Source: Eledone cirrhosa
Taxonomy: Eukaryota
Length of the DNA: 64,000 nt
Reading direction: 5' to 3'
NCBI GenBank assembly: GCA_964016885.1
Contig: OZ024740.1
Span: 200,694,001-200,758,000, forward strand
Each line of letters starts with the position of its first letter. Positions within the stretch are counted from its first letter, which is position 1. Under the pieces are notes generated by a model. That model searched no databases. It saw nothing but the letters and a program-made list of their open reading frames with translations, and was not told the origin of the DNA. Shown here piece after piece: positions 43,445 through 64,000 of the stretch. Both the position numbers and the translations under genes were made by a program.

Positions 43445-43545
43445 AGGTTAACTTTGCCTTTCATCTTACGGGGTCAATAAAATAAAACACCAGCAATGCA
43501 CGGGGATAATTGTTGGCCGTGTGCAGAATGTAGAAAGAATTATTA
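43445..43545 (+). mobile_element. SINE family 1 3' half
   Basis: aggttaactttgcctttcatcttacggggtcaataaaataaa. Confidence 0.75.
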
Positions 43546-43718
43546 GATACAAACGAAGTCGTAGGTTTTATATCAGAATGACCTACAAGAGAGCTGTCTT
43601 CGTTAAGACTAGGACCCTCTCGCTACACACATAAAAAAAATACATTTTTCGATGGTCGTTGATTCTTCTTCAGGGTATCCAAATATCACTCCTCATCTAA
43701 AGAGTGACCTGACATAAT

Positions 43719-43922
<204 letters not shown>

Positions 43923-44704
43923 AGTGAAAGAATGAAGAATATCATGTCGGCTGTACAACATGGGACTTTATTTCAAGTATTAACAATTGTTTCATTGATC
44001 AGGTGAGTCTAAAGGTCGCTAATCATTCGAAATTGCGTCACTCGACCTTAATTACAGTGTTTACCTTGATCAAATCCTCAGAATACTAGAGAACTCACAT
44101 ATGGCAATGGTATATATAGATACAAGGTAGAATCAAAACAATAACATCAATAATAAAATATAATGATAAAGATGTAAAGAAGTTACAGATGTAAAAAGTA
44201 TAAAAATAAGTAAAAAAATATATAAGTAGAGAATACGATAGTTGATAATAGTGGTGGTGGTGAGTAAGTGTATGTATAATGATGTGAGGGTGGAGGTAAT
44301 ACTAACATGAAAAGCATCATTAGATATATATATATACATGGTGGTCAAAGGGTTAAAAGTAGAGAATAAGAGGTCGTAACAAATGACAGATAACAGATAA
44401 AAATACAATAAATTAAAAATTAAGTGAGAGATACGAGGATGAGACATAAGGGATAGGGATAAGGACGGGGAAGGGGGATATTGATATGTGTGTGTGTGGT
44501 AAATGTTTAGCGTGCTGCTTGTCTTATCTTAATGGGGTTAATGTGGCTTCAGGGAGAGAGAGTGAAAGAAAGGTTAGGAGATTTATGATCTAGTGACCAG
44601 TCGGTCAGTTGACAGCTAATAACAGTGTGGTGGTATGTATTCAGTACATTAAAATCCGGGTGGTTCAGCTCGAATTTTGAGATTGCTGGATCGAATCATG
44701 TTGG

Positions 44705-45250
44705 TTTGAAATTTGTGAACTTGGTAGCTGCTTTGTGCCTACAGAAAATTGATCTGTCTATTTTGCTGTTAAGCAGCATCTTATCGTACTTTAAAATATG
44801 GAATAGCTCCATATTGCAAAGTCCGCAGTGGGACATTCCATTGTTTTAGGCCCTTGCTCCCGATAATTTCGACCAGCTAATCTTATATTCATGGTTTGTG
44901 TTCTTAAGATGCCAGATTTTATTGGCCAGCGTTGTTGAGTTCTCTAGTTTACGGTTCTTCATATAGTGTCTGTGAACGTACCTTTTTTTTTTAATTCCCT
45001 AGCCGTGGAACCTATGTAGTGTCATGTCAAGTTGCCCGAATTTATAGTACACAGGTACACCATACTTGATTCCAGTCATCTATTTTGTATTGGACACTTA
45101 TCCGGTAGGTGGCAGTTAGAGTTGGAGGCCTTCCTGTGTGCAGGTACTCCGTTGCGGTTTTGTATGTTGTTATGGGTGGGTTGAGATTTAGGCCTATTAA
45201 TATTTTGTTGTGATGCGCCCTGATGTATGGATTACCTTTAAAGATAACTT
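44705..45250 (-). pseudogene. Penelope-like GIY-YIG endonuclease remnant
   Basis: Manual translation: NCHLPDKCP..SSMVYLC..HYIGST..NSTTLANKIWHLK..ISWS..CGLCNME..LLNSK..FCRHK. Confidence 0.8.
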
Positions 45251-45650
45251 GTTATCCCATATATATGTATATATATATATATATATTTATTTATTTAGGT
45301 TTGTTGGTTCACTACTGGCTAGAACTGGTCATTCCGTATGGTCAACCTTGATGTAATATCATGGAGAGCACTCGACGTAATGCAACTCTCCCGTCTTCTT
45401 TTGTGCTGTTGGTGGTGCGAGTACGGAGTTAATTATTATAAAATAACAGGAGGCTGGACTGGTGTAATTCCTTAAAAGGTTTATTATACTATGAACATTT
45501 CAATAACCAGGTTCGGTATGAATCCGGTGACATAATCAGGTATTCGAAATATAAGAAAGGAATATAATAGATGAATTCCACGCGGCTGAAAATCAGAGAC
45601 ATGAGGGCGGCCGACCGTTTAGCATCTACCAGCCGGTCAACCGCCCTCAG

Positions 45651-45694
<44 letters not shown>

Positions 45695-45775
45695 GCATAC
45701 GGGCAGAGATATATACAGTCTTCAGTCATTTTCCCTAGGGATCGTGGGACTGAGCTAGAACTAACCATTCATCAT

Positions 45776-55662
<9,887 letters not shown>

Positions 55663-55670
55663 GTCCCCGC

Positions 55671-55706
<36 letters not shown>

Positions 55707-56884
55707 ACTTATTGACACTTATACGTACGACATACACACACACGCATACATATGCGTGCACACAGCAACACTCACACACACAACAAACACACACACACGC
55801 TACTCTACTCACTTACACGCACACACACACATATATATATATATATATTACCGTCATTACTGATACAAGATTACCAGATTATGTCAACTGTTGACTTTCA
55901 AGAGTTTGTATAGTTGAAGCCGATCGTATTACAGTCCAGTATTACTATAATTGCTTTACAGCATAGAGTTATGGCTCTCCACGGAGTCAACAAAAGAGAG
56001 TACCAGTGATGCGCTGGCCAGTCGCTGGATCCGTGCCAAAAGCAGAAAAATTATTATTAAAGTTGTTCTTAAGGCCAGGTCGCTGGTGATGGTGATGGCG
56101 ACGGCGGTGGCGGTGGTGGTGGTGGTGGCAGTTGATGTTGTTGTTCTGTTGTGTGTGTGTGTGTGTGTGTGTGTGTTTTGTTATTTTGAGTTTTTTTTTT
56201 TTTTTCCTTTCTTTTTTTCTCCTTTTTTTTTTTTTTTTTTTTTTTCCCCTTCCCTTTTCTTTTTTCTTTTCCCTTCCTTTTTTTATGTTTTGATGCCGCT
56301 GTTGTTGTTGTTGTTGTAATTGTTGTAAATGTTCATTTCAGTTCATTCTGAAGCTGTTGTTGCTGTAAACATTAGTGCCGGTGTTGTTGTTGTTGTAGAT
56401 GTTGGGGTTGAAATCTGGTTGTTTGACTGAGTGATGTATATACACACATATACATACACACACATATATATATATACATTCATCAGAGAGTAGAGAGTTT
56501 GACAACAGGTCGATGACTTTAGTCTCGATAGGGTATGGTATGGTAATGACATGTGATGGTGGGGAGAGAGTGTAGACGTTATTGTGGTGGTGTGGACAGT
56601 GAGATGTATCTAGTTCATTTGACCGTTTTCTTCTCTTAGCAAAATTTGAATTCTAGCCATGTTATATTGAGATGTAAGTAAATGTAAAATATAAATAAGG
56701 ATTGCTCTGCTAAAATATACTAAAATATTTGTGTAACTTCCACAAACTTCTGTCGTGACATTCCCGAGTCCAGTAACCAACAAATTGTTGTATTTTGATG
56801 TTTCAGAATACAAAAATTAATTAAAAACTTACCCCACGAAGAGACAGCGTGTGTTGTCCTATCTATAAGCTCCCTCATACACAT

Positions 56885-59390
<2,506 letters not shown>

Positions 59391-59422
59391 AGATCAAAAG
59401 ATGGTTAAAGGAGTTCAATATA

Positions 59423-59489
59423 TTTTATTATGCGCATTTCAAAAACAAACATCATCAAACAATAATTTTTGTGTTTTCATCAGATAAAA
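59423..59489 (-). ncRNA. Type I hammerhead ribozyme in a TA-flanked island of about 160 bp (59390-59550)
   Basis: Minus strand: UUUUAU CUGAUGA [16-bp stem II with 2 mismatches, loop GUUU] GAAAU GCGC AUA^ AUAAAA. Palindrome AUGCGCAU. Confidence 0.82.
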
Positions 59490-59619
59490 CAGGAGAACAT
59501 GATATGAAGGCTAAAAAAAACACTTGTTGATAGTGCAGTTTTAAATCAACATATATATATATATACATATATATATATCTGCATTGCTTTATTGTACTAC
59601 AATAAAACTCACCTCCTAC

Positions 59620-61859
<2,240 letters not shown>

Positions 61860-61868
61860 CATATTATA

Positions 61869-61968
<100 letters not shown>

Positions 61969-62008
61969 CATATACATATATGTATATATATATACATATA
62001 TATATATA

Positions 62009-62056
<48 letters not shown>

Positions 62057-62061
<5 letters not shown>

Positions 62062-62453
62062 CATACTTGGGAAGGGTCATATTTGTGTAATAATATTGCG
62101 AGAATTAATAACAGATCACACTCACTGTTTGGTTGGTTTTCGCTTCTGTATCTTTTATATCAGTTAATTAAATTTATTCGGTCCTCAATGTTACCATTGA
62201 CTGACCAACGGTCAAACATGCAGATATAATATAAACACAAATATATAGTCTAACAAATTTAGACTATATATATGTAGTCTAACAATGTTAGCCTATATTA
62301 AATTAACTGATATAAAAGATACTGAAGCGAAAACCAACCAAACAGTGAGTGGGATCTGTTATTAATTCTGGCAATATTATTACACAAATATGACCCTCCC
62401 CAAGTATAACAATATTTGTTTCGACACACGATTTCATATCAAAAACCTCGCAA

Positions 62454-62457
<4 letters not shown>
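62057..62457. mobile_element. Fold-back element, relative of family E
   Basis: Arms at about 62057-62170 and 62300-62414. It shares the tgaccctcccaagtataacaata end and the acacacgatttca tail. Confidence 0.78.
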
Positions 62458-62524
<67 letters not shown>

Positions 62525-62802
62525 ATATACACATATGTATATACATATATATAAACATACATATTTATGCATATATATATATAATTAAGTTAAAGTGTAC
62601 ATCTACATATGTATACGGAAGTACTAGTATGCATATAAATACACACATGTATACATGTGTAAATGTACCGAGTTTTTCACTAGACACTTTACAGTGAGTG
62701 TCCAGCTAGTCTGTATGTAAACAAACAGACGAACCGGGTTTTAAAGTCATACGAGTTTTCAAGGAAACACACTTCCTCTATTCTCCAGAGAGCCAGACAG
62801 GA

Positions 62803-62845
62803 ATATTGGACTAGTTTCGATGTTATTACATCTCATCAGCAATAT
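62803..62845 (-). ncRNA. Canonical minimal type I hammerhead ribozyme, intact
   Basis: Minus strand: AUAUUG CUGAUGA GAUGU AAUA ACAUC GAAAC UA GUC^ CAAUAU. All core bases are present, stems I and II are perfect, and ACUAGU is palindromic. Confidence 0.92.
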
Positions 62846-62997
62846 ATACCCATCTTCCGGCTTCTCTGGAGAATTGTAAAAGCACATATCGTTATATGCT
62901 TTTTCTATGAAAATCAGTAGTGGGCAGACTAATTTGCATAGAACGTGAGTCATTGTACGCACCGGTTCAGCGGAAATTTAATTTCGTTTCGTTATTT

Positions 62998-63079
<82 letters not shown>

Positions 63080-63159
63080 GGTATATATTGAGTTAGGAAC
63101 TCAAAATAGTCTCTTACAACAAAATACCTCTATATGAGTCGTATATTATAATATAACAG

Positions 63160-63263
63160 AATTGTTTCTACTTTAGGCACAAGGCCAGCAATTACCCAGT
63201 ACATTACTGGTACTTTATTTTATCGACCCCGTAAGGATGAAAGGCAAAGCTAACCTCGGCGGG
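63160..63263 (-). mobile_element. SINE family 1 3' half
   Basis: Reverse complement of the family consensus. Confidence 0.85.
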
Positions 63264-63290
63264 ATAAATATGCATTTATAAATATATATA

Positions 63291-63355
<65 letters not shown>

Positions 63356-64000
63356 AAAGAAAAACGAACATTATAATAGAATATAATGTTCATTTTTCTT
63401 TTATATATATATAAAATATATATATATATATATATTATATATATAATATATTATATATATATATATATATTTTATATATATGCACATATTTACACACACA
63501 CACATATATATATATATATATGTGTGTGTTTGTGTTTGTGTGTGTACATATTTATGCACATATATACGTGTGTGTGTGTGTAGAAGAGAGAGTGGGTGAC
63601 AGTAACAAGTGAAGCAATGATAGTGTCGATGTAGGAAAGACAGAGTCAAAGATAGATAGAGAGACGGGGTAGAGAGAGAGAGAGAAAGGAGAGGTGAGAG
63701 TATAGTAGATTAATTGGCAGAAAGACGTTGTAAAATCAATACAATGGAAGGTTGGGCGAGGGATTGTGTTCTTCAAACGTTGCAATTAAAGAGTTGTTGA
63801 TCCATGCCTTGTAGCCATACAGAATCGGCAATTAATTGAATTTCAGCTGATTTATTTCAAGCCCGAGCACATTTGTCTCATTAATAATCAAACGGAAATT
63901 ATCTCTTCCACAGATAAACTTTAGAAACGGTCAATTGAATTCTCTGATATTAAATGGCATTGCTATTATTTCTTCATAATCGCCTCTCTCACCCTTCTTA

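Noticed and set aside
43640-43680. Minus-strand CUGAAGA...GAAA
   Set aside because: Neither stem I nor stem II pairs.
44005-44043. Plus-strand HHR-like remnant GAGU CUAAAGG...GAAAU UGC GUC ACUC
   Set aside because: Two core mismatches and no stem II pairing. At most a dead relic.
63700-64000. Unique-looking sequence as a possible host exon
   Set aside because: No recognisable domain or convincing splice-bounded ORF.

Overview
Eukaryotic, AT-rich, repeat-saturated DNA. The SINE families and giant (TA)n tracts suggest a cephalopod (octopus-like) genome, which is an inference. I can support no host protein-coding gene. The window is a pile of transposable elements: two Tx1/L1-clade LINEs plus an older fragment, a Helitron (Rep+PIF1), an R4/Dong-clade LINE with a restriction-like endonuclease, an RTE-clade LINE with three C-terminal C2H2 fingers, a 5'-inverted RTE fragment, two Penelope-like element (PLE) coding remnants, many tRNA-derived SINEs, about 16 kb of (TA)n satellite and a 200-N gap. 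The most interesting signal is non-coding. Several unrelated families of short (150-500 bp) elements sit inside (TA)n microsatellites and carry type I hammerhead ribozyme (HHR) folds. Seven well-formed motifs were read by hand, all on the minus strand. They include one textbook-intact copy (62803-62845), forms with about 90-nt stem II insertions, and a CUCAUGA core variant seen in two different families. Several of these elements are fold-back palindromes whose turn or switch point lies in ribozyme stem II. They look like a population of PLE pseudo-LTR-derived, ribozyme-bearing mini-elements. All folds and boundaries were read manually and are approximate.
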